Source: Flavobacteriales bacterium (GTDB lineage: Bacteria > Bacteroidota > Bacteroidia > Flavobacteriales_D > UBA2798). From it: 64,000 nt of DNA. Position numbers and translations under genes: made by a program. The stretch lies in NCBI GenBank assembly GCA_019694795.1, contig JAIBBF010000003.1, forward strand, positions 40,837-104,836. Direction: 5' to 3'. Shown here piece after piece: positions 39,997 to 48,802 of this stretch (within the stretch, counting starts at the first letter, position 1; every line of letters starts with the position of its first letter). Below the pieces are notes generated by a model. It was not told the origin of the DNA. It did no database searches and saw nothing but the letters and a program-made list of their open reading frames with translations.

Positions 39997-40677
39997 TTAC
40001 ATTTTTAGATAATTCATTAAAGCGTCGTAACGGGTTTTCAGATCGTCGAAATAATCGGAGTCAACCTGAAATGCCGACTTAATGAAATAATTATAACGTT
40101 GAAACGTCTGCAGTATTCCGGAGACGTCCGTCTTATTGATTTTTAACGTAACATCTATCGTTCCGTTTTCAGGATTGTTGTTTAAAAACACAGAGAGGAT
40201 TCGTGCATTATTTCCCTCTACAATTTGGGCAATTTGCGATAAGGAATAATCCTGATAATTGACTTCTAAAATCAACACGCTTCCGGGTTCTGTAATTGAA
40301 GAAACAGACCCGATTTTTTCCATCAGATTACTCATGGAAATCACGCCTAAATAGTGTTTGTCTTTATTCAAAACCGGAACAATAGAGAGGCGGTTTTCAT
40401 TCATGATTTTTATCGCATCGTAAATGTGTTGACCTTCGGTTACGTGGATGTCGTCCAGTTCAAGATCTTCCAATTGTTCACCAATGGTTTTTTCCGGACT
40501 GTTCAAATCAAAAATGTCGGCGTCTGCTACCAAACCGAAATACTGACCATTATCTACCACCGGCAGATGAGCCACTTTAAATTCATCCATCCATTTCAGC
40601 GCTTTGGTTCCCGTATCGCTAAGTTTGATGGGTGGAATGTTTTCAGATATCAGGTCTTGTGTAAGCATAAAGGTCAA
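39997..40677 (-). CDS. CBS domain pair protein
   Basis: Two CBS motifs (HLPVVDNGQYFGLV and IVPVLNKDKHYLGVIS) plus a C-terminal ACT-like region. Confidence 0.75.
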   Translation of the reverse strand: MTFMLTQDLISENIPPIKLSDTGTKALKWMDEFKVAHLPVVDNGQYFGLVADADIFDLNSPEKTIGEQLEDLELDDIHVTEGQHIYDAIKIMNENRLSIVPVLNKDKHYLGVISMSNLMEKIGSVSSITEPGSVLILEVNYQDYSLSQIAQIVEGNNARILSVFLNNNPENGTIDVTLKINKTDVSGILQTFQRYNYFIKSAFQVDSDYFDDLKTRYDALMNYLKM

Positions 40678-40705
40678 TTATCAAATACCGTGCAAAAATT
40701 AAAAC

Positions 40706-40713
40706 TAAATTTG
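40706..40713 (+). promoter_or_regulatory. Candidate -7 promoter box (TAAATTTG) for pdxJ
   Basis: TAnnTTTG match ending 31 nt upstream of ATG 40745. No clear -33 element. Confidence 0.35.
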
Positions 40714-40744
40714 CAGGGTTAATTCTACAAAAATAGGAAATCCT

Positions 40745-41461
40745 ATGACAAAGCTGAGCGTGAATGTAAACAAGGTGGCCACCTTAAGGAATTCAAGAGG
40801 GGGCTCAATTCCAGATCCGGTTCAGGTGGCCCTCGATGCCGAGCGATTCGGAGCACAGGGAATTACTGTACATCCACGACCGGATGAACGCCATATCCGC
40901 TATGCTGATGTTCGAAATCTGGCACCATTAATTTCTACTGAATTCAACATTGAAGGAAATCCAAAAGAAAAGAAGTTTGTTGATTTGGTGTTGGATGTAT
41001 GCCCTCACCAGGTGACATTAGTTCCGGATACAAGCGGACAATTAACTTCCGATCATGGGTGGAATACTGTAGTTGAACAGGAATATTTACGGGAAATAAT
41101 TGGGTTGTTTAAATCAAAAGGGATTCGTACCTCCTTGTTTGTAGACCCGGAAATAGAAATGGTGGAAGCAGCATTTACAACAGGTACAGACCGCATTGAA
41201 TTATATACAGAAAGTTATGCTGCTAATTATTCGAACAATCGTGTCAATGCTATTCAGGCGTATAAACTGGCTGCAATTCGTGCCAATGAATTAGGATTAG
41301 GTGTAAATGCCGGACATGATCTAAACCTGGAGAACCTTGCATTTTTTAAAGAGCAAATTCCCGGTTTATTAGAAGTTTCCATTGGGCATGCTTTAATTGC
41401 AGATGCGCTTTATTTCGGACTTCAAAAAACAATCGAATTGTATTTAGAAAAATTAAAATGA
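40745..41461 (+). CDS. pdxJ: Pyridoxine 5'-phosphate synthase
   Basis: Motifs LSVNVNKVATLRNSRG, HPRPDERHI and NAGHDLN. Confidence 0.95.
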   Translation: MTKLSVNVNKVATLRNSRGGSIPDPVQVALDAERFGAQGITVHPRPDERHIRYADVRNLAPLISTEFNIEGNPKEKKFVDLVLDVCPHQVTLVPDTSGQLTSDHGWNTVVEQEYLREIIGLFKSKGIRTSLFVDPEIEMVEAAFTTGTDRIELYTESYAANYSNNRVNAIQAYKLAAIRANELGLGVNAGHDLNLENLAFFKEQIPGLLEVSIGHALIADALYFGLQKTIELYLEKLK

Positions 41462-42216
41462 AACTACATTTCAAATCCTTCGGAGAAGGAAAGCCTGTAA
41501 TTATTTTACATGGACTTTTTGGTTCTTCCGATAATTGGCAAACGCTGGCAAAAGTAATTGCAGAAAAATACAAGGTTTATCTGGTAGACCAACGAAATCA
41601 TGGTCATTCTTCACATGTACCCGAAATGGATTATGGCGTAATGTGTGATGATTTGTTTGAATTGATACAAGATGAACAATTGGATCAGGTCGGTATTATT
41701 GGTCATTCCATGGGAGGAAAAACAGCCATGTATTTTGCTCAGGAGCATCCGGAATTAATACGTGATTTGATTGTGGTTGATATGGGAACAAAAAAATATC
41801 CACCCCATCACCAGGTGATTTTTGATGCCTTATTGGGAATAGATCTGGATAAAGTCACTATGCGAAAACAGGTGGAAGAACATCTTCGTTTAACGATTCA
41901 CGACAATGGTGTAATTCAATTTTTATTGAAGAATTTATACTGGAGTGAAAAAGAAAAACTCGATTGGCGATTCAATTTACATGTTCTCTACAGAGAAATC
42001 GACAGAATATTAGATGCAGTTCCTCCGGGTAGAATCGATGTGCGGACTTTATTTATTCGCGGAGAAAAATCGAATTATATTTTAAATACAGACTTTCCTT
42101 CTCTTGGAGAGCAATTTCCGGGATGTGAAATAAAAACAATTATGGGCGCCGGCCATTGGGTGCATGCCGAAGCTCCAAAAGAATTTTTACACGAGGTGAT
42201 GTCCTTTTTAAGTTGA
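41458..42216 (+). CDS. Alpha/beta hydrolase (YbfF-like esterase)
   Basis: GHSMGG nucleophile elbow and a C-terminal GHWVHAE. ATGA overlap with pdxJ. Confidence 0.8.
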   Translation: MKLHFKSFGEGKPVIILHGLFGSSDNWQTLAKVIAEKYKVYLVDQRNHGHSSHVPEMDYGVMCDDLFELIQDEQLDQVGIIGHSMGGKTAMYFAQEHPELIRDLIVVDMGTKKYPPHHQVIFDALLGIDLDKVTMRKQVEEHLRLTIHDNGVIQFLLKNLYWSEKEKLDWRFNLHVLYREIDRILDAVPPGRIDVRTLFIRGEKSNYILNTDFPSLGEQFPGCEIKTIMGAGHWVHAEAPKEFLHEVMSFLS

Positions 42217-42217
42217 T

Positions 42218-43258
42218 TTATTTCACTTCCTTTTTGAGCATCAGATAAACCGGAAAGTGATCCGCATATCCGCCGGAATAAGTTCCGCCCGAATAGGTAC
42301 GGAAGGGATAACCTTTAAAGTTTCCATTATCCTGCCTTAAAAATGGACGGTTAAACACTTTGGCCGAATGGAAAGAAAATCCGGTTTGATTTTGAATTAA
42401 AAGTGAAGAAGTAATCAAGAATTGATCAAATAAATTCCAGCTATCATTATAAGCCAGAGATCCAATTCCATTTTTATACATGGCATACATCGGATTATAA
42501 AGCTGCGTTCCTGTTGAGTCAGTTTGTTTTCCATATGCACCGATATGCTTATAAACCGAAGCATTTACCGGATCGTCATTTAAATCGCCCATATAAATCA
42601 CTTTCGAAGCAGGATCTGCTTTTTGAAGTGAATCGATAATATGTCGACCAAGCTTCGCTGCCAATTCGCGTTTGGGCCGGCTCCTTTTTTCACCTCCTCT
42701 TCTGGAAGGCCAGTGCGCAACAATAAAATGCATGTTTTCTCCATCTAAAGTTCCCGATACCAATAACTGATCCCTCGACGCAAATGAAGTGTCGGTGGGG
42801 TCGCTCAGACGGTACGATTTTGCAGATGTAAGTTTAAAATATTTGGGGTTGTATAATAAAGCGACATCAACACCTCTTCGGTCGGGACCTTCAATAAGTA
42901 TGGGTTTATAATTTCTGGCGCTGATTTGCGGGTTTTTTACAAGGTCGTTCAAAACGTTAATGTTTTCTATTTCGGCAAGACCAATAACGGCAGGCCCATC
43001 CGGATTAACATCTGTCCCTATTTGAGAAATAACTTCCCCAAGCCGATCGATTTTCTTCCAGTAGCGTTCGCTTGTCCAACGGTTGAGTCCATTCGGAAGA
43101 AACTCCTCGTCATTTTTAGTGGGTTCATTAATGGTATCGTAAAAGTTTTCTACGTTCCAAAAGGCCACCACGGCGGAATAGTATTTTTTTTGTGCAGATT
43201 GAGCAAAAAGACTCAGTCCTGTTAAAGAAAAAAACAGGAGCGCTTTAAATTTTAACAT
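42218..43258 (-). CDS. Secreted endonuclease/exonuclease/phosphatase (EEP) family protein, extracellular-nuclease-like
   Basis: Start chosen at ATG 43258 (MLKFKALLFFSLTGLSLFAQ). Motifs FWNVENFYD, GLAEIEN, GDLND and YADHFPVYL match EEP catalytic blocks. Confidence 0.75.
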   Translation of the reverse strand: MLKFKALLFFSLTGLSLFAQSAQKKYYSAVVAFWNVENFYDTINEPTKNDEEFLPNGLNRWTSERYWKKIDRLGEVISQIGTDVNPDGPAVIGLAEIENINVLNDLVKNPQISARNYKPILIEGPDRRGVDVALLYNPKYFKLTSAKSYRLSDPTDTSFASRDQLLVSGTLDGENMHFIVAHWPSRRGGEKRSRPKRELAAKLGRHIIDSLQKADPASKVIYMGDLNDDPVNASVYKHIGAYGKQTDSTGTQLYNPMYAMYKNGIGSLAYNDSWNLFDQFLITSSLLIQNQTGFSFHSAKVFNRPFLRQDNGNFKGYPFRTYSGGTYSGGYADHFPVYLMLKKEVK

Positions 43259-43453
43259 CATAGTATACCAGTGTTGGAGCAAAAATAAGCTTTTGAATCC
43301 TTAGTAGGGATCCGATATGGAATTTCTTAACAAAAGCCATGCAATTTTATTCACAGTCCTTCACCGAGTTATCAAATTGTTACCTTTGCCTCAATCTGTT
43401 TTTAGGATTAAAAAAAATCGTCCATCTTTGGACTCTCAAAAACTACTTGCCTG

Positions 43454-45991
43454 ATGATTGCGACCTATCGCCATTCGTTATTATTGTCATTATTTTTTCT
43501 GACATCAGTAATTGGATTTGCACAAGACGATACTACAAAATTAATACAGCCCGACACCTTATTAGAACAGGGTTCCCGTTTACCTATTTTCACCACCACC
43601 GCCGGCGACAATGACGACCAGCAAGAATCGCAGGATATTTCAGGTTTATTACAATCCTCCCGCGATGTTTTTTCTTCAGTTGCCGGATTTAATTTCGGAA
43701 ATGCTCGCTTTCGTATTCGTGGATTAGGTTCAGATCATTCAACTGTTTTTATTAACAACATCCGTGTAAATGACATGGAAACCGGTTGGGCTTCATGGAG
43801 CAACTGGGGAGGATTAAATGACGTTACACGATGGATGGAAGTCCGCACCGGAAATTCAGGTTCACGTTTCGGATTTACAGGTATTGGTGGTTATTCCAAT
43901 ATTGATGCACGTGCTTCCAGCTACCGCAAAGGAAACCGTATTTCTTATGCCTATTCTAACCGTACCTATGCTCACCGTGTGATGGCAACCGGTTCAACCG
44001 GAATGATGGCTAACGGTGTTGCAGTAACAGCCTCTGTATCCCGTCGTTTTTCGAATGAAGGTTATATTGAAGGAACGTTTTTCGATTCGTGGAGTTATTT
44101 TCTTTCTGTCGATAAGAAATTGAGTGATAAACATACGCTTTCATTTATCGGATTCGGTGCTCCTATTCGTCAGGGTCGCCAGGGAATAGCCACGCAGGAA
44201 GCAATGGATCTTGCCGGTTCAAATTATTACAATCCATTTTGGGGTTATCAAAATGGTGAAAAACGAAATAGCCGCGTAAGTCATAGTCACGAACCTATGA
44301 TGATTTTAAGTGATGTATTTACTATTTCATCCAAAACTCAATTGACCACAGGCGTATTTATTTCGCCGGGGAAATCCGGTCAAACAAGTTTAAACTGGTA
44401 CGACGCAAAAGACCCTCGTCCGGATTATTATAAATACTTACCAAGCTACTACGATCCTGAATATCCTTCATTGGTACCGCAAATCACGGCCAACTGGCAA
44501 AATGATGTAAATACACGTCAGGTCAATTGGGATCAACTATATTTTGCAAATTCTAAAAATCTTTACACCGTTAATAATGCCGATGGTATAGCAGGTAATA
44601 CGGTTTCCGGAAATCGCGCAAAATATATTGTAGAAGATCAGCGTAACGATGTTACACTAATGGGTGTAAATGCATTATTGCAACACAAATTGAATGAACG
44701 TGTACATATTACTGCAGGCATTAACCACACACGACATAAAAGTCATTATTACAAAGTGATTGACGATCTGCTCGGTGCTGATTTTTGGTTGGATTTAAAT
44801 CGTTTTGCAGTAGAAAACGCCATTGATCAGTCGGAGTCGCAATCCAATCTTGGTAATACTAACAATGTTGTTTATAAGAATGAAATATTCGGATACGATT
44901 ATAACTTGTACATCAACAAAACGGATGCTTTCGGGCAAGCAGAATTTTCAGGTAAAAAAATCGATGGATATGTATCATTAGATTTGTCCAACACCACCAT
45001 GTGGAGAGACGGTTTAATGCAAAATGGAATGTTCCCGGATAACAGTTTAGGGAAATCAGAAGTATTCAACTTTTTTAATTATGGAATAAAAGGTGGGGCA
45101 GTGTATAAGATTTCCGGGCGTCATTACATCACCGCTAACCTTGCACATTATACAAGAGCGCCGCTTGCAAGGAATATCTTTTTGTCGCCCCGCACCAGAA
45201 ATCAAACCGTAGAAGATCCGCAAAGCGAAAAAATTTACTCCGGTGATATCGGTTACGAAGTGAGATTCCCCAAGTTTAAAGGACGTGTTACCGGTTTTTA
45301 TAATTTGGTAAATAACCAAACATGGTTGCGTACATTTTATCATGAGGACTACAACAGTTTTGTCAATTATTCAATGACCGGATGTAATCAAACGATGACC
45401 GGTTTAGAGTTGGGACTTCAATACAACGTAACACCAACAGTTCAATTAACAGGAGTTGTTGCACATGGGCAATATCTTTGGACCAATCGTCCTTTGGCTA
45501 CGGTTACAGCCGATAATCAGTCCCAATTAATTGCCAGTGATAAAACGGTTTATTTGAAGAATTATCACATAGGTGGAATGCCGGAAACCGCAGCCTCCTT
45601 TGGTGCAAAATATACAGGTGTAAAAAACTGGTTTGTCGGATTTAATTTTAATTATTTCGCGAATATCTGGATGGAAGTGAATCCGGATCGTCGTACAGCA
45701 GAAGCCGTGGAAGGTTTAGTCGTTACAGATCCGCAATGGGGTGAATTAGTAGATCAAACCAAGCTGGATAATAATTACACCTTAGATGCCTATGCCGGAA
45801 AATCATGGAGAGTAAAAAATTACTTCATCAACATCAACCTGAACGTAAATAACGTTTTGAATAATCAAAACTTCATTATTGGCGGAATGGAACAACTACG
45901 TTACGACACACGTGATGTAAGCAAATTCCCGAATAAATACAGCTACCATTTGGGAACAACATTTTTCGCAATGGCTTCAATTCGTTTTTAA
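43454..45991 (+). CDS. TonB-dependent receptor
   Basis: 845 aa. Signal peptide, plug (RIRGLGSDHSTVFINNIRVND) and a long barrel ending TFFAMASIRF. Confidence 0.85.
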   Translation: MIATYRHSLLLSLFFLTSVIGFAQDDTTKLIQPDTLLEQGSRLPIFTTTAGDNDDQQESQDISGLLQSSRDVFSSVAGFNFGNARFRIRGLGSDHSTVFINNIRVNDMETGWASWSNWGGLNDVTRWMEVRTGNSGSRFGFTGIGGYSNIDARASSYRKGNRISYAYSNRTYAHRVMATGSTGMMANGVAVTASVSRRFSNEGYIEGTFFDSWSYFLSVDKKLSDKHTLSFIGFGAPIRQGRQGIATQEAMDLAGSNYYNPFWGYQNGEKRNSRVSHSHEPMMILSDVFTISSKTQLTTGVFISPGKSGQTSLNWYDAKDPRPDYYKYLPSYYDPEYPSLVPQITANWQNDVNTRQVNWDQLYFANSKNLYTVNNADGIAGNTVSGNRAKYIVEDQRNDVTLMGVNALLQHKLNERVHITAGINHTRHKSHYYKVIDDLLGADFWLDLNRFAVENAIDQSESQSNLGNTNNVVYKNEIFGYDYNLYINKTDAFGQAEFSGKKIDGYVSLDLSNTTMWRDGLMQNGMFPDNSLGKSEVFNFFNYGIKGGAVYKISGRHYITANLAHYTRAPLARNIFLSPRTRNQTVEDPQSEKIYSGDIGYEVRFPKFKGRVTGFYNLVNNQTWLRTFYHEDYNSFVNYSMTGCNQTMTGLELGLQYNVTPTVQLTGVVAHGQYLWTNRPLATVTADNQSQLIASDKTVYLKNYHIGGMPETAASFGAKYTGVKNWFVGFNFNYFANIWMEVNPDRRTAEAVEGLVVTDPQWGELVDQTKLDNNYTLDAYAGKSWRVKNYFININLNVNNVLNNQNFIIGGMEQLRYDTRDVSKFPNKYSYHLGTTFFAMASIRF

Positions 45992-46013
45992 ATAAGGATT
46001 CAAATAAAAGATC

Positions 46014-47234
46014 ATGAATAAATTCAAATTATTATTAGGATTAGCGCTGGCAGGAGTGATGTCGCTTTCTTCTTGTAAAAAGGATTTTGATTCTCCTCCT
46101 TCAAGGGAAATTCCGACAGGTAGCATTATGACAATTGCTGATCTTCGTGCATTGTATACCGGAAGCCCGGTGCATTTTAGCAATGATGAAACGGTTTTTG
46201 CAGTGGTTACTGCCGATGAAGTTTCAGGTAATCTGTATAAAAATGTATATATCCAGGATAATACCGGTGCAATTAACATGCGCTTAATGTTTTCCGGCGG
46301 ATTATATGTTGGAGATTCACTCCGAATCAATTTAAATGGAACAGTGCTCTCTTCCTATAATGGAATGTTGCAATTGGATTCGGTGAATGTCGATAACAAT
46401 ATTGTTAAACAAGCTACCGGAAAATTCATCACACCGGAGGTTGTTTCACTGGATATGATTGATGCGTCTTACCAGGCAAAATTAGTTCGTATCGAGAACG
46501 TGCAGTTTTTATCTTCTGACACAGCTTACACCTGGGCTGATGCAGTGGGGCAGACTTCACAGAACAGAAATCTGGCGGATTGTTTAGGAAACGTCATGTT
46601 GGTTCGCACCAGCGGTTATGCAAACTTTGCCGGAAGCAATGTTCCTAATGGAAACGGATATCTCATTGCAATTGTTGGGCAGTATAACACCGATATGCAA
46701 TTGTATGTTCGCGATCTTAATGATGTAAACATGAATGCAACACGTTGCCAGGAACCTTATTTGGACAAGGACTTTGAAGACTTGAGTATTGGTTCCGGTG
46801 GTTGGACTCAACAATTAGTTTCGGGTGGTATTTCCTGGACAACTGCCACTTTTGGTATTGATAATTTTGCCAAGGTTACCAATTACAATGGTGTAGCCAA
46901 CATTGCATGTGAGTCATGGTATATTTCTCCAGCTATTGATTTGAGTGGGGCAACACAACCTATTCTTACATTTAGAACAGCATGTAATTATGCAGGTGCT
47001 GCATTGGAGTTATATATTTCAACCAACTATGATGGATTTTCCGCTCCTAATACGGCAACATGGACCCTCTTACCGGCAACTTATTCATCCGGATCATGGG
47101 TTTTTGCTAACTCAGGTAATATCAGTTTATCTTCATATTTAACTTCCGGTGTACACATTGCATTTAAATATACCGGTACCAACGTAGATGGTAAAACCTG
47201 GGAATTAGATGATATTTTAATTGATGAACTTTAA
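46014..47234 (+). CDS. Surface lipoprotein: OB-fold-like (DUF5689-like) domain plus choice-of-anchor-J/MAM-like domain
   Basis: Lipobox LSSC. FAVVTADEVSGNLYKNVYIQDNTGAINMRL...GDSLRINLNGTVLSSYNGMLQLD resembles the YhcR-type nuclease-associated OB fold. The C-terminal half (FEDLSIGSGGW...WYISPAIDLS...TWELDDILIDE) resembles choice-of-anchor J. Confidence 0.55.
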   Translation: MNKFKLLLGLALAGVMSLSSCKKDFDSPPSREIPTGSIMTIADLRALYTGSPVHFSNDETVFAVVTADEVSGNLYKNVYIQDNTGAINMRLMFSGGLYVGDSLRINLNGTVLSSYNGMLQLDSVNVDNNIVKQATGKFITPEVVSLDMIDASYQAKLVRIENVQFLSSDTAYTWADAVGQTSQNRNLADCLGNVMLVRTSGYANFAGSNVPNGNGYLIAIVGQYNTDMQLYVRDLNDVNMNATRCQEPYLDKDFEDLSIGSGGWTQQLVSGGISWTTATFGIDNFAKVTNYNGVANIACESWYISPAIDLSGATQPILTFRTACNYAGAALELYISTNYDGFSAPNTATWTLLPATYSSGSWVFANSGNISLSSYLTSGVHIAFKYTGTNVDGKTWELDDILIDEL

Positions 47235-47254
47235 ATAAATTAATTGCAATCGAT

Positions 47255-48592
47255 ATGAAAAGAATTTTATTTGCTGTTGTTGCTACTTTAATGCTTTCAC
47301 AAGTTGAAGCCCAAGTAGTTTTTTCTACCAGTTTCGAAAACTGGACAGGTGCTGATCCCGACGGATGGAAAGGCTCAAAAACAAATTTTGCTGCAGATAG
47401 TATCATTATGGTTACTACCGGTACCATTTACGGAACCAAAGCAGTTCAATTAAATAACACGACTACCAGTCACAAACGTTTTACAACTCAACCAATGGCT
47501 GTGACCCAAGGTCAGGTTTTTGAAGTTTCATTTTGGGTTAAAGGAAGAGGAGATGTACGCATCGGTATTTTTGATAGCAGTAATGTAGCTACTACCAGCG
47601 GTTACCATTATGCGGCATACAACACGATCAATACTACCAACTGGACTCAATACACACAAAGCATAACTGCGGACACAACATGGAATACCGCGCAGTTTAT
47701 TGTTTCGGTTAAAAACACAATTCCATCTTCTAATCACATCCAAATCGATTCACTGGTAATTTCATTACCTTCTGCTCCATCTACAGTTTCGATTTATGAT
47801 ATTCAGTATTCAACTGTTGCTCCTTACGATTCACCATTAAACAATACCTCAGTTAATACCGGAGGAATTGTTTCTGCGGTTTATGCATCCGGCTATTTCA
47901 TCCAGGATAATTCTGGAGCATGGAACGGTGTTCACGTTTTTGATAATACACATACCCCTGCTATTGGAGACAGCATTTTAATCTCCGGAAATGTTACCGA
48001 GTATTTTAACATGACTCAAATTAGCAGTATTTCATCCTATACCACTGTTTCAACCGGAAACCCTGTTCATGCAGCTGTGGTTATTCCAACAGCATCGGTT
48101 AATCTGGAAGATTATGAAGGTGTTTTAGTTCAGGTAACCAATGCCAATTGCGTAAACGCAAATGCAGGTTTTGGAATGTGGACAGTAAACGATGGCAGTG
48201 CAGATTGCAAAATCCATAATCTGATTTATCAGTACACACCAACCCAAGGAAACGTGTATGCGGTTACAGGACCAGTTTATTATTCATTTGCTGAGTTCCG
48301 AGTTGAGCCAAGAGACGTTAATGACGTAATCGTTCAAGGATTCGCAGGCGTTGAAGAAGGATCACTATCTAATCTAAACATTTACCCTAATCCGGCATCA
48401 GATTTCTTTGTAGTTCAGGATGTTGAAATGAATTCCTCCGTTGAGATCTATGATTTGTCTGGCCGAATGATTAAGTCAACCATCATTTCCAAAGAAAATC
48501 AACAAATTTCAGTTTCTGAGTTAAAATCGGGCTCCTATATTGTTTTAGTAAGCTCTAATAAGGGTTCCTATTCGACAAAACTTGTAAAATAA
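47255..48592 (+). CDS. T9SS type A cargo: CBM-like domain plus OB-fold-like domain plus Por_Secre_tail
   Basis: Signal peptide. TGGIVSAVYASGYFIQDNSGAWNGVHVF...GDSILISGNVTEYFNMTQIS matches the OB-fold pattern. The C-terminus LNIYPNPASDFFVV...IYDLSGRMI...KSGSYIVLV is a type A sorting domain. Confidence 0.7.
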   Translation: MKRILFAVVATLMLSQVEAQVVFSTSFENWTGADPDGWKGSKTNFAADSIIMVTTGTIYGTKAVQLNNTTTSHKRFTTQPMAVTQGQVFEVSFWVKGRGDVRIGIFDSSNVATTSGYHYAAYNTINTTNWTQYTQSITADTTWNTAQFIVSVKNTIPSSNHIQIDSLVISLPSAPSTVSIYDIQYSTVAPYDSPLNNTSVNTGGIVSAVYASGYFIQDNSGAWNGVHVFDNTHTPAIGDSILISGNVTEYFNMTQISSISSYTTVSTGNPVHAAVVIPTASVNLEDYEGVLVQVTNANCVNANAGFGMWTVNDGSADCKIHNLIYQYTPTQGNVYAVTGPVYYSFAEFRVEPRDVNDVIVQGFAGVEEGSLSNLNIYPNPASDFFVVQDVEMNSSVEIYDLSGRMIKSTIISKENQQISVSELKSGSYIVLVSSNKGSYSTKLVK

Positions 48593-48620
48593 TAGACAAA
48601 TCAACCGCTGAGTTGGAGAA

Positions 48621-48647
48621 AGGAGGGGCGACCCTCCTTTTTTTTTT
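48621..48647 (+). terminator. Intrinsic terminator
   Basis: Stem aggaggg/ccctcct with a 4-nt loop, followed by T9. Confidence 0.85.
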
Positions 48648-48802
48648 CATTATTTCGCAGAGATTGCAATTCCTAAAAAGAGGAGTAAATATTTAAATCT
48701 CTGATAAACATGAATTTTAATACCGTCATCTGGCTTTTTCTTGTCATCGAGGCAACTTTTTGTGTAAAATTCGTCAGATAATTGTATTCTCAATTTTCTA
48801 CC

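Noticed and set aside
43339-43614. 91-aa ORF upstream of and overlapping the TBDR start
   Set aside because: It is out of frame with and overlaps the well-supported receptor gene. Its product is low-complexity with no conserved motif, and the region more likely holds the promoter.
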